Below are positions 1 through 7,142 of a stretch of 64,000 nt of DNA, one piece after another. The position numbers and the translations under genes are program-made. The stretch comes from Phycisphaerae bacterium (GTDB taxonomy: Bacteria; Planctomycetota; Phycisphaerae; Phycisphaerales; Phycisphaeraceae). The stretch covers positions 9 to 64,008 of the forward strand of contig CAUZAW010000001.1 in assembly GCA_963577735.1 (NCBI GenBank). Reading direction: 5' to 3'. The notes under the pieces are model-generated. The model was not told where the DNA came from, did no database searches, and saw only the letters and a list, made by a program, of their open reading frames with translations. Every line of letters begins with the position of its first letter. Position 1 is the first letter of the stretch.

Positions 1-129
1 CGGTACCAGGTCACGGCACTGGCCCAGATCGCACAGGCCTTTGACGGGTCTGATTTTACTGCCCTGACGTCGGGTCACATTCTTGAGGCGATCGACAAGT
101 CTAAAGCCGCATTCTCAGGGCCCAGTTAG
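1..129 (+). CDS. 3' end of an unidentified CDS truncated by the window edge
   Basis: Frame 1 is open from base 1 to TAG 127-129 (...AFDGSDFTALTSGHILEAIDKSKAAFSGPS*). No recognisable motif. Confidence 0.3.
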   Translation, partial: RYQVTALAQIAQAFDGSDFTALTSGHILEAIDKSKAAFSGPS

Positions 130-166
130 CATCGACCTGCTGCGGTTACCGACAAACTATCGGGGT

Positions 167-208
167 AAAAAGGATAAAAAAATGAGGCGCCCGTTTGGGC
201 GCCTCATT
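167..208 (-). terminator. Rho-independent terminator downstream of the lysine-rich ORF
   Basis: Perfect 12-bp stem aatgaggcgccc (181-192) / gggcgcctcatt (197-208) with a 4-nt loop. On the minus strand it is followed by a T-rich run (TTTTTATCCTTTTT, 180-167). Confidence 0.65.
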
Positions 209-292
209 AAAGTTGAGCTCTGTGGCTTTGTGGGATGTTGGCACGTGCCTGCGAAGTGACCCTTCGCAATAAATCATTCGGTCTGATCGATC

Positions 293-442
293 TTACTTGC
301 GCTTAGCAGCCTTCTTCTTGGTAGCTTTCTTCTTGGTAGCTTTCTTCTTGGTAGCTTTCTTCTTGGTAGCTTTCTTCTTGGTAGCCTTCTTCTTGCCGCC
401 CTTCTTCTTTGCAGCTTTCTTCTTTGCTCTTCTCTTTGCCAT
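293..442 (-). CDS. 49-aa lysine-rich, histone-H1-like small basic protein (not in the ORF track, under 60 aa)
   Basis: Minus-strand ATG 442-440 to TAA 295-293 translates to MAKRRAKKKAAKKKGGKKKATKKKATKKKATKKKATKKKATKKKAAKRK. AAGGA lies 9 nt upstream of the ATG. A terminator hairpin follows the stop. A TTGACA hexamer lies upstream. Confidence 0.65.
   Translation of the reverse strand: MAKRRAKKKAAKKKGGKKKATKKKATKKKATKKKATKKKATKKKAAKRK
313..417. repeat. 15-bp tandem repeat, 7 units (4 identical, 3 diverged), encoding KKKAT-type pentapeptides on the minus strand
   Basis: The unit tcttcttggtagctt occurs at 313-327, 328-342, 343-357 and 358-372 (identical). Diverged units lie at 373-387 (1 mismatch), 388-402 (5) and 403-417 (2). 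Confidence 0.95.
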
Positions 443-483
443 GAGCTTTAGTCCTTTTCAAAAAACCACAGGAGCTTGTAACA

Positions 484-513
484 ACTTTAATCTATTTAAT
501 AAACGCATGTCAA
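484..513 (-). promoter_or_regulatory. Candidate sigma70-like promoter for the lysine-rich ORF
   Basis: Minus-strand TTGACA at 513-508, an 18-nt spacer, then TAAAGT at 489-484, about 40 nt upstream of the ATG. Consensus matching by eye only. Confidence 0.25.
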
Positions 514-1099
514 CTAAAATCTTGCATCATTTTCAAGTTTTTTTATCGGTTACGTTTGCTTTGCTGCTTGAGTCTATTTAGTGCAACATAAACTGTATAT
601 GGCTTTTGTTTCAGAATGCGTCAACGGTATTTGTGAAATTTGTGCGCAATACTCCTGTCGTTCAACAGGCAAGGCGCGCGGCACAACAGGGCTGAAAAGG
701 TATGGCTTGAACAACTTTTTATCCCTTGTATGTTCGTGATGCCACGCCACGCGGAAACGTTCTGCGACAAGGTGATGGCCGGACAATGCACATCATGCAA
801 CACCGCGCACCTAGCCATGGGCATGCGATATAAGCTGTTTGTTTGCAAAAGTTACACCATATACCCCGCAAGCGTACGCTGCCGTATCCGTTGGACCACT
901 ATTGCGATAACGCGCGGTCAGGAATCCGTCGCTAGCAACAGTTTGTCGCGGTAATTTGGCCAAGGCAAATGCCCAAATTACGCTGGATCCAAATATCCGC
1001 CATGGCGAGTCATACATACATAGCCCATTGACAATTCCTAAACCGGTATGGGGCGGAGGCCAAGCCCGCCACTTGCGTTAAATAAAAAATTGATTTGTA

Positions 1100-1130
1100 C
1101 CCAAAATCTGGCCAAGCAAAGAATTTTGGG
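1100..1130 (-). terminator. Hairpin immediately 3' of tRNA-Lys (possible terminator or processing structure)
   Basis: 8-bp stem cccaaaat (1100-1107) / attttggg (1123-1130) with a 15-nt loop. On the minus strand a T-run (TTTTTTATTT) follows about 10 nt later. Confidence 0.3.
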
Positions 1131-1135
1131 AAAAT

Positions 1136-1208
1136 TGACCGGGCTGGGGCTCGAACCCAGGACCCACGGCTTAAAAGGCCGTTGCTCTACCAACTGAGCT
1201 ACCCGGTC
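1136..1208 (-). tRNA. tRNA-Lys (anticodon UUU)
   Basis: The reverse complement folds as a perfect cloverleaf: acceptor GACCGGG/CCCGGTC, D arm GCTC-AGTTGGTA-GAGC, anticodon arm ACGGC-CTTTTAA-GCCGT, T arm CTGGG-TTCGAGC-CCCAG, discriminator A. 73 nt; CCA is not encoded. Confidence 0.93.
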
Positions 1209-1229
1209 GAAACATTAAAGACCGGAAGG

Positions 1230-2093
1230 TTATTCATGCAATCCAATAGGGTCAAGTAGCAAGCTCTTGGCCAACGGCGGTTGGTCGGTATTTAAAAGCG
1301 GCGCGAGAATGGACCCGACCGCAACAAGGACCAGCACAATAAACACCGCCAAACGAAGCCACTGCCGGGAAAGCCTATCCCCGATTCTGACGCCAATCGC
1401 CGAGCCACCCATGACTAAAGGTATAAAGGCAACACTCAAACCAACGGCAGACCACACTGAATCACCAAACTTGTAGATGAGCAGGCCGATGTTTACCGGA
1501 AGTGTAAGCAACAAGGAAATCCACAGACTTGCTCGCATCTGACGGGAAGTCCATTGTTGAGCCGCCGCCCACAGGGCTATTGGCGGGCCACCACTTCCCA
1601 CCAAGCCAGCCAGCACCCCACTGCTTGAGCCGGCCAAAAACGTCCAGCCTGGATGCAGGCGTGCGCGAGGCTGAACCCTCAACGTCCATTGTGATATCAC
1701 GATCAATAGCAAAATAGCGCCGACAACTTGCTTAATCACATCCTGCCCAGCAGCATTAAGGTGGCCAAGCAACCAAATACCCAAGGGAAGAAATATGGTC
1801 CTTAGGCTGAATATTGGAAAAACTCGGCTCCAGACAATCTCTTGGCGATACTGGTAACTATTCCAACCAGTCTGCCAGGCTACTGCTATAAGTACAAGCG
1901 TGATGGCCGCCGGCAGGGGCACGTCAAGCCATATGAGCAACGGCACGGCGAACGTTCCGCCCCCAAAACCAACTGCACTTTGAAGCATCGTGCCGAGGCC
2001 AATCAGCAGGCCGATGAAAATAATCGTTTGGAATTCAAATTCCACGTGATTGGTCAGGCGGTGACGTATGCCGGCTCGCGTCCGGTGGCCCAC
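1230..2093 (-). CDS. TauE/SafE (TSUP) family anion-exporter-like membrane protein
   Basis: Polytopic hydrophobic protein with the AVGFGGGTFAVPLL and GSGGPPIALW motifs typical of TSUP/DUF81. The track start overlaps the upstream gene by 40 nt. An in-frame GTG at 2045-2043 is a likelier start. Confidence 0.7.
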   Translation of the reverse strand: MGHRTRAGIRHRLTNHVEFEFQTIIFIGLLIGLGTMLQSAVGFGGGTFAVPLLIWLDVPLPAAITLVLIAVAWQTGWNSYQYRQEIVWSRVFPIFSLRTIFLPLGIWLLGHLNAAGQDVIKQVVGAILLLIVISQWTLRVQPRARLHPGWTFLAGSSSGVLAGLVGSGGPPIALWAAAQQWTSRQMRASLWISLLLTLPVNIGLLIYKFGDSVWSAVGLSVAFIPLVMGGSAIGVRIGDRLSRQWLRLAVFIVLVLVAVGSILAPLLNTDQPPLAKSLLLDPIGLHE

Positions 2094-2635
2094 TTGATAT
2101 TGCAGCCCATAGACGGTTTCTGATCGGCGGGTACGGATTGACCGGCCAGCACCGCATCCATCGCAGCACGCAGGTCCAAGCCAGAAACGGGGATGCCGTT
2201 GTCGGGCCGGCTATCGTCCATCTGGCCGCGGTAAACCAACTTGCGGGCGCCGTCGAACAGGTAAAAATCCGGTGTGCACGCGGCACGAAAGGCCCGGGCG
2301 GTCTGCTGGGTCTCATCGTACAGATAGTCGAATGTATACCCGTGCTGCGCCTTTCCCTGCTTCATTTTGTCCGGGGCGTCTTCAGGGTGGTTGGCTACAT
2401 CGTTGCTGTTGATGGCGGCCACGGCCACCCCTTGCGCCTGGTACTGTTTGCCCAGTTTGGCCAACTCGTCGGCCACGTGCAGGACGAATGGACAGTGGTT
2501 GCACATGAATATGACCAACAGGGCCTTGGCATCGGCGAAATTGGCCAAGGATACGGTGTCGCCTTCGGTATTGGACAGCGAAAACGCGGGCGCCGGCGTG
2601 CCCAGTTCGAGCATGGTCGAGGGGGTCAGTGCCAT
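2054..2635 (-). CDS. Thioredoxin-fold (AhpC/TSA-redoxin-like) protein
   Basis: Contains the LLVIFMCNHCPFV CxxC motif in a thioredoxin-like context. ATG 2635-2633 is preceded by AAGGAG with a 6-nt spacer. The track start (GTG 2653) is probably too long. Confidence 0.75.
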   Translation of the reverse strand: MALTPSTMLELGTPAPAFSLSNTEGDTVSLANFADAKALLVIFMCNHCPFVLHVADELAKLGKQYQAQGVAVAAINSNDVANHPEDAPDKMKQGKAQHGYTFDYLYDETQQTARAFRAACTPDFYLFDGARKLVYRGQMDDSRPDNGIPVSGLDLRAAMDAVLAGQSVPADQKPSMGCNIKWATGREPAYVTA

Positions 2636-2718
2636 GATATTCTCCTTCTGCACAGGTACGTGCTCATGGGCTGATGTTAATGGCGACTACGCGACATGGC
2701 CAGTGGGAGCCACCGCGT

Positions 2719-3480
2719 TCAGTAAGGCAGTATGTCCCCAGAAAACCCATGGCCGACGTAATGCTCGAGCGGAGCCTTGTGGGTCTCGCAATGGCCGTCA
2801 CCGTAGAGGACATTGGTATCGACGTGTGGGCTGGGACCGGATTTGCCGCCATAGACGGTGTGACCGGGATTGATCGGGTCCCACCACGGGCCCCACTCTT
2901 TATAGTTACCATCACTGACCAGGGCTGTTTGCGGCTGAAACGGCTCGATGGGCGCCTCGCCATTGAAGTTGCCCGAATTGGAAAAGCCGGTTTCGTAAAG
3001 AAAAAACAGGTGGTAAGGCACGGCGTGGACGTTGATGCCACCGCCGTAGGTGCCAATACGGAACTGGTCACCGTACTCCATCGAATCATACGGCGCAACG
3101 TTGTACTCCGGCCCCCCATGATCGTCCAGCGGGCAATAGTACAGTTGGCCTGCCTGGCCGCCGGCGATACGGACAAGGTTTTCCCGGTTATCCACCGTGG
3201 CCCAATTGGCATTCCACTCTCCGTAGGTCCACGGTTGCTTGGGGTATCGGCCGTTCGAATCCGTCACGTACGACCCTAGTCCGACGCCTATCTGTCGCTG
3301 GTTGCTCAAGCAGGTCATCAACAGCACGTTACGCCGGGCAAGCCGCATCGTAGGCAAAAGAATCGCGATCAACACGGCGATGATGGAAATGACCACCAGC
3401 AACTCGATGAGAGTAAAGCCGCGGCCAAGGCGGCGAGCAATAACAGATTTTAATCGCGTGCTTAAAATAGTCGCTTCCAG
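2719..3480 (-). CDS. Prepilin-type N-terminal cleavage/methylation domain protein, DUF1559-like
   Basis: The frame encodes ...RRLGRGFTLIELLVVISIIAVLIAILLP (class III signal; G|F at 3420-3415). The C-terminal ...HVDTNVLYGDGHCETH resembles the H-X9-DG tail (here X8). The track starts at TTG 3402, inside the motif. The frame is open up to TGA 3486-3484 with no ATG/GTG/TTG. Candidate starts are CTG 3480, ATT 3468 and ATT 3441. Confidence 0.75.
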   Translation of the reverse strand: MEATILSTRLKSVIARRLGRGFTLIELLVVISIIAVLIAILLPTMRLARRNVLLMTCLSNQRQIGVGLGSYVTDSNGRYPKQPWTYGEWNANWATVDNRENLVRIAGGQAGQLYYCPLDDHGGPEYNVAPYDSMEYGDQFRIGTYGGGINVHAVPYHLFFLYETGFSNSGNFNGEAPIEPFQPQTALVSDGNYKEWGPWWDPINPGHTVYGGKSGPSPHVDTNVLYGDGHCETHKAPLEHYVGHGFSGDILPY

Positions 3481-3541
3481 CTCTCAAGCCATTTCGCAAT
3501 GTCAAAAATATTCGACATTGTAGGTCAAAAGTCACAGTCTA

Positions 3542-5005
3542 TTAAAAATGAATCATCCCGCTTTCAAGACCAAGCGACGCTTCATGAATCGCCTCGCTGA
3601 AGGTGGGGTGGGCGTGCATTGTGGCAACAACTTCGGCGGCAGTGGCTTTAAGTTGCTTGGCCAAACACATCTCTGCGAGCAACTCGGTAACATTCTCGCC
3701 GATCATATGAACACCGAGGATCTCGCCACTGGATTCGTCTGATATTATTTTTACAAAACCTTGCGTGGCGCCAACAGCCTGGGCTTTGCCCGACGCCTGG
3801 AAGGGAAACTTGCTCACTTTATAGTCCTGATCTTTTGCATCACATGCCTGTTCCGTTAGGCCAAGGCTGGCAACTTGGGGGCGGCAGAAAGTACAGGCAG
3901 GAATGGAGTTGTAGTCGATCGCCTGCGGTGATAGGCCGGCAATGTTTTCAACGCAGACGATCGCCTCTTCGCTGGCAACATGGGCCAACCAAGGCGGACC
4001 AATCACGTCACCCACGGCGTAGATGCCGGGCGAGGCAGTCCTATAGTCGCCGCGGTCTACTTTGATGTGCCCGTTTTTGATCTCGACGTCCACTGAATCG
4101 TCGAGCAGGTTGTTGTGGTTGCCCTGCACGCCCGCAGCGATCAGGACCTTGTCGCCGGTAATGATTTGCGTTTGCGCCTCGTCACTGACAGGCGCGATGG
4201 TCAATTCAATACCCGAAGTGGTCGTGTTGGCTGATAGAGTTTTGGTGGCGACGTGGTACTCGATCTTTCTTCTTCGCCAGGCTTTTTCGATCGCGGCGCT
4301 GACCTCTTCATCCTCAGTGGGCAACAGGCGGTCGAGCATTTCGACGATGACGACCCCGGTGCCAAAGGCGTTGTAGATATAGGCGAACTCCATACCGATA
4401 GCCCCGGCGCCAACGATCAACAATTTTTCGGGTTGCTGCGACAAGGCCATGGCCTCTTTGGAGCCGATGACGCGATTGCCGTCGAACGCGATGCCCGGCA
4501 AAGCGCGTGGCCTCGCACCAGTTGCAATGATGATGTGGTCGGCCTCAAGCGTGTTCGTCATGGCGCCCGCTTCGTCACGGATTTCGATTCTACCCGGCGG
4601 CCCGGCGGCGACGATCTTCGCTCGGCCCTTGATGTGAGTAATTTTGTTTTTCTTAAACAGGGCGTGAATGCCCTTGTTGAGATTTCCAGCCACGGCGCGC
4701 GACCGGGCAATGAGTTTCGGCCAATCATGGTGAACTTCGCCAGCGACTATGCCCCATTGGCCAGCCTCATGATTGAGCTTGTCGTAGAACTCGGCCGTGG
4801 AGAGCAAGGCCTTGGTGGGGATGCAGCCCCAGTTGAGGCAGGTGCCGCCTAGTTGGTCCAATTCCACACAGGCGACGTTGAGCCCAAGTTGGGCCGCCCG
4901 GATAGCGCCAACATAGCCGGCTGGTCCGCCGCCGATCATCATTAGGTCGTAGTGTTGGGTATCGGCCATGTATTGGTGCTCGTCGCCGGTGAGAGCCGGG
5001 GTCAT
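3542..5005 (-). CDS. lpdA: Dihydrolipoyl dehydrogenase (E3)
   Basis: Has the GGGPAGYVGAIRAAQLG FAD fold, the GGTCLNWGCIPTK redox disulfide, and a C-terminal HAHPTFSE. Alternative start ATG 4969 gives MADTQHYDLMMIGGG. Confidence 0.92.
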   Translation of the reverse strand: MTPALTGDEHQYMADTQHYDLMMIGGGPAGYVGAIRAAQLGLNVACVELDQLGGTCLNWGCIPTKALLSTAEFYDKLNHEAGQWGIVAGEVHHDWPKLIARSRAVAGNLNKGIHALFKKNKITHIKGRAKIVAAGPPGRIEIRDEAGAMTNTLEADHIIIATGARPRALPGIAFDGNRVIGSKEAMALSQQPEKLLIVGAGAIGMEFAYIYNAFGTGVVIVEMLDRLLPTEDEEVSAAIEKAWRRRKIEYHVATKTLSANTTTSGIELTIAPVSDEAQTQIITGDKVLIAAGVQGNHNNLLDDSVDVEIKNGHIKVDRGDYRTASPGIYAVGDVIGPPWLAHVASEEAIVCVENIAGLSPQAIDYNSIPACTFCRPQVASLGLTEQACDAKDQDYKVSKFPFQASGKAQAVGATQGFVKIISDESSGEILGVHMIGENVTELLAEMCLAKQLKATAAEVVATMHAHPTFSEAIHEASLGLESGMIHF

Positions 5006-5430
5006 TGTAACTGCTCACGATCGTTGGATTAGATCGCCTGTAGCAACTCGGGCGCCACCAGTAAGACATTGGTACGCACTAAGATATGTTCTATCTGTTG
5101 GCGATCGCCGCTCGCCACCCGTGTGACTAAAAACGCACCCTACCCCATTAGTGGCACCCTTTTGCCATCCTCGTCTTTAAAGATCGCAATATCTTGACGT
5201 CACTGGCCATTAACCAGCACGAACCGTGTGTGGCCTTGTGGGACATGGCAAGTGATGCCCTACGCGCCCTGCGGCCCAGGCCGGCAAGTATTGTTATCTC
5301 GCCATTGCGGCGGCCATTGACAGGCGACAATGGTCACATTAGCCTCTGATCACAGCATCGGTCGGGTGGGTGCGGGGCATCCTGCATAACGACTGCGTTA
5401 CGTTTGAGAACAGTGGAAAATTAAATCACG

Positions 5431-6858
5431 ATGAGCCAAGTCGAAACCGCGCTCTGGCGCGACATCATGGGTTATTTGCACCAGCATCATGCATCGATCT
5501 GCCGACAATGGTTCGAACAGTTGCAACCCAGTGAAATCGATGGTGGCCTGCTCACGGTTCATGCCCACAATAGCGTGCAAAGGAACTACTTGGAAAAACG
5601 CTGTGTCCGCCAGTTCTCCGATGCGGCGCAAGTGGTAACCGGGGCGTTGGTGGCGGTACGATTCATCAACAGCCTGCCGCAAAGCCAACCGGACGCGGTG
5701 GCAACAAAGCCCGCAGCGCGTTCATCGGTCACCGCCAAGTGGATTCCGCTCGAGGAGTCCGCCGCCGGGCATGTGTCACAGCAAGCGTCCCGCGATGGCG
5801 ATTGCCCTTTCGACCAGATCGTCATCAGCCCCGACTACAGCTTCGACAACTTCGTCACCGGCCCAGAGAACGCGTTGGCCCACTCCGCAGCCGTGGCGGT
5901 CGCCAACCAACCAGGCACCACCTACAACCCGTTGTTCATCCACGGTGGTGTGGGTTTGGGTAAAACACACCTGCTGCAGGCAATTTGCCAATCGGTGCTT
6001 GAATCCGATCCCAAAACGCATATCTGTTATTTGTCCTGTGATTCATTTGTCAACCAGTTTATTGATTGCGTACAGCACGGCCAAATGACCCAGTTTCGCC
6101 ACCGCTATCGGCATGTGGACCTGCTGGTGATTGACGACATCCACTTTCTGGCCAACCGGGAGCGGACGCAGGAGGAATTTTTTCACACCTTCAACGAGTT
6201 GTATCAACTCAATCGACAGATTGTTCTTTCCAGTGATTCACCGCCACGGGAGATTCCTCAACTTGAGGATCGTCTGATCAGCCGGTTCCAGTGGGGCCTA
6301 GTGGCCCCGGTGGCCAAGCCGGTGTTTGAGACGCGGATTGCGATCGTGCGCGCCAAGGCAGCGTTGCGCGGCCTGAAAATGCCCGATGATGTGGTTTCCT
6401 ACATCGCCACACGCATTGACAGCAACGCACGCGAACTGGAAGGCGCGATTACCACACTGCAAGGACATACCGCACTGCGAAATTGTCCAATCAATCTGGC
6501 CTTGGCCCAGGAAGTGATGGGCGAACACGCTGGCGACAATCGATCTACACAAATCTCCTTACAGCAGGTCATCAACGCGGTTACCGGGTACTACAACGTG
6601 CGGCTCAACGATCTGCAATCAAAGCGACGGCACAAGTCCATTACTTGGCCTCGGCAGGTGTGCATGTGGCTGGCTAGACGACACACACACTTTAGCCTAG
6701 AAGAGATCGGTGGCTATTTTGGCGGGCGTGACCACACGACTGTCATGTACGCTACCCGTACTGTCGAGAAACACCTCAAAGAAGTGCCAGATTTTTCCAA
6801 GCAAATCGAACAACTCGAGCGGCGGATCCTCGACACCGAAGGACACAGCCCAACTTAA
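5431..6858 (+). CDS. dnaA: Chromosomal replication initiator DnaA
   Basis: Has Walker A GGVGLGKTHLLQAI, Walker B LLVIDDIHFL, and a domain IV with ...GGRDHTTVMYA. Confidence 0.95.
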   Translation: MSQVETALWRDIMGYLHQHHASICRQWFEQLQPSEIDGGLLTVHAHNSVQRNYLEKRCVRQFSDAAQVVTGALVAVRFINSLPQSQPDAVATKPAARSSVTAKWIPLEESAAGHVSQQASRDGDCPFDQIVISPDYSFDNFVTGPENALAHSAAVAVANQPGTTYNPLFIHGGVGLGKTHLLQAICQSVLESDPKTHICYLSCDSFVNQFIDCVQHGQMTQFRHRYRHVDLLVIDDIHFLANRERTQEEFFHTFNELYQLNRQIVLSSDSPPREIPQLEDRLISRFQWGLVAPVAKPVFETRIAIVRAKAALRGLKMPDDVVSYIATRIDSNARELEGAITTLQGHTALRNCPINLALAQEVMGEHAGDNRSTQISLQQVINAVTGYYNVRLNDLQSKRRHKSITWPRQVCMWLARRHTHFSLEEIGGYFGGRDHTTVMYATRTVEKHLKEVPDFSKQIEQLERRILDTEGHSPT

Positions 6859-6897
6859 GTGACCCATTGAACCAAGAGCACAACTCTGAGTAAAGTG

Positions 6898-6906
6898 TGT
6901 GGAAAA
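6898..6906 (-). promoter_or_regulatory. DnaA-box-like 9-mer (TTTTCCACA on the minus strand)
   Basis: The plus strand reads tgtggaaaa. One mismatch to TTATCCACA. Confidence 0.45.
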
Positions 6907-7030
6907 ACTGTTGTTTTTGTGTTCACCAACAACCTTCTTTCGGGCCCTAACCCCAATCCTCCCTCGCTACCTTTCGCTACCAAAAGTTTTGCCCCATCAA
7001 CTAGTCGCCAACCAACCTGCAACCGACAGA

Positions 7031-7039
7031 ATATCCACC
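7031..7039 (+). promoter_or_regulatory. DnaA-box-like 9-mer (ATATCCACC)
   Basis: Two mismatches to TTATCCACA. It abuts the AT-rich block. Confidence 0.35.
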
Positions 7040-7042
7040 ACG

Positions 7043-7095
7043 CATCATAAAATATAAACTTTTATTATATATCATATTACATCATAAAATATAAA
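7043..7095. repeat. 16-nt AT-rich direct repeat (catcataaaatataaa x2), candidate DUE elements
   Basis: Identical copies at 7043-7058 and 7080-7095. Confidence 0.8.
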
Positions 7096-7096
7096 A

Positions 7097-7105
7097 TTAT
7101 CCACA
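7097..7105 (+). promoter_or_regulatory. Perfect consensus DnaA box TTATCCACA
   Basis: Exact 9/9 match, read directly, embedded in the AT-rich block. Confidence 0.7.
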
Positions 7106-7142
7106 AATTCGATAGAGATATATTACGATTAATATTTAAATA

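Larger units (their letters stand above)
6859..7142. other. Candidate oriC (DnaA boxes plus AT-rich unwinding region) between dnaA and mutM
   Basis: Non-coding spacer. One perfect and two near-consensus DnaA boxes. Positions 7041-7140 contain only 17 G/C out of 100 nt (hand count) and carry a 16-nt direct repeat. Confidence 0.6.

Noticed and set aside
297-581. Track ORF on the + strand (94 aa, MRLAAFFLVAFFLVAFFLV...) that could be read as a repeat-containing hydrophobic protein
   Set aside because: It is the antisense reading of the Lys-rich minus-strand gene. It has a TTG start without an RBS, runs through the minus-strand promoter region, and has no terminator. The minus-strand ORF has an RBS, promoter-like hexamers and a terminator.
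640-1017. Mutually overlapping track ORFs (640-954 +, 621-848 -, 811-1017 -, 574-786 -) as possible genes
   Set aside because: They overlap each other on both strands and have no motifs, no start-codon context and low-complexity-free but unremarkable sequence. I treat the region as non-coding or unassigned (see finding).
293-1208. Functional link between tRNA-Lys(UUU) and the adjacent lysine-rich gene (codon supply)
   Set aside because: The gene uses mostly AAG plus some AAA codons, and any cell already needs tRNA-Lys. Adjacency alone is not evidence. There is also no repeat of the tRNA 3' end that would mark an integrated island.
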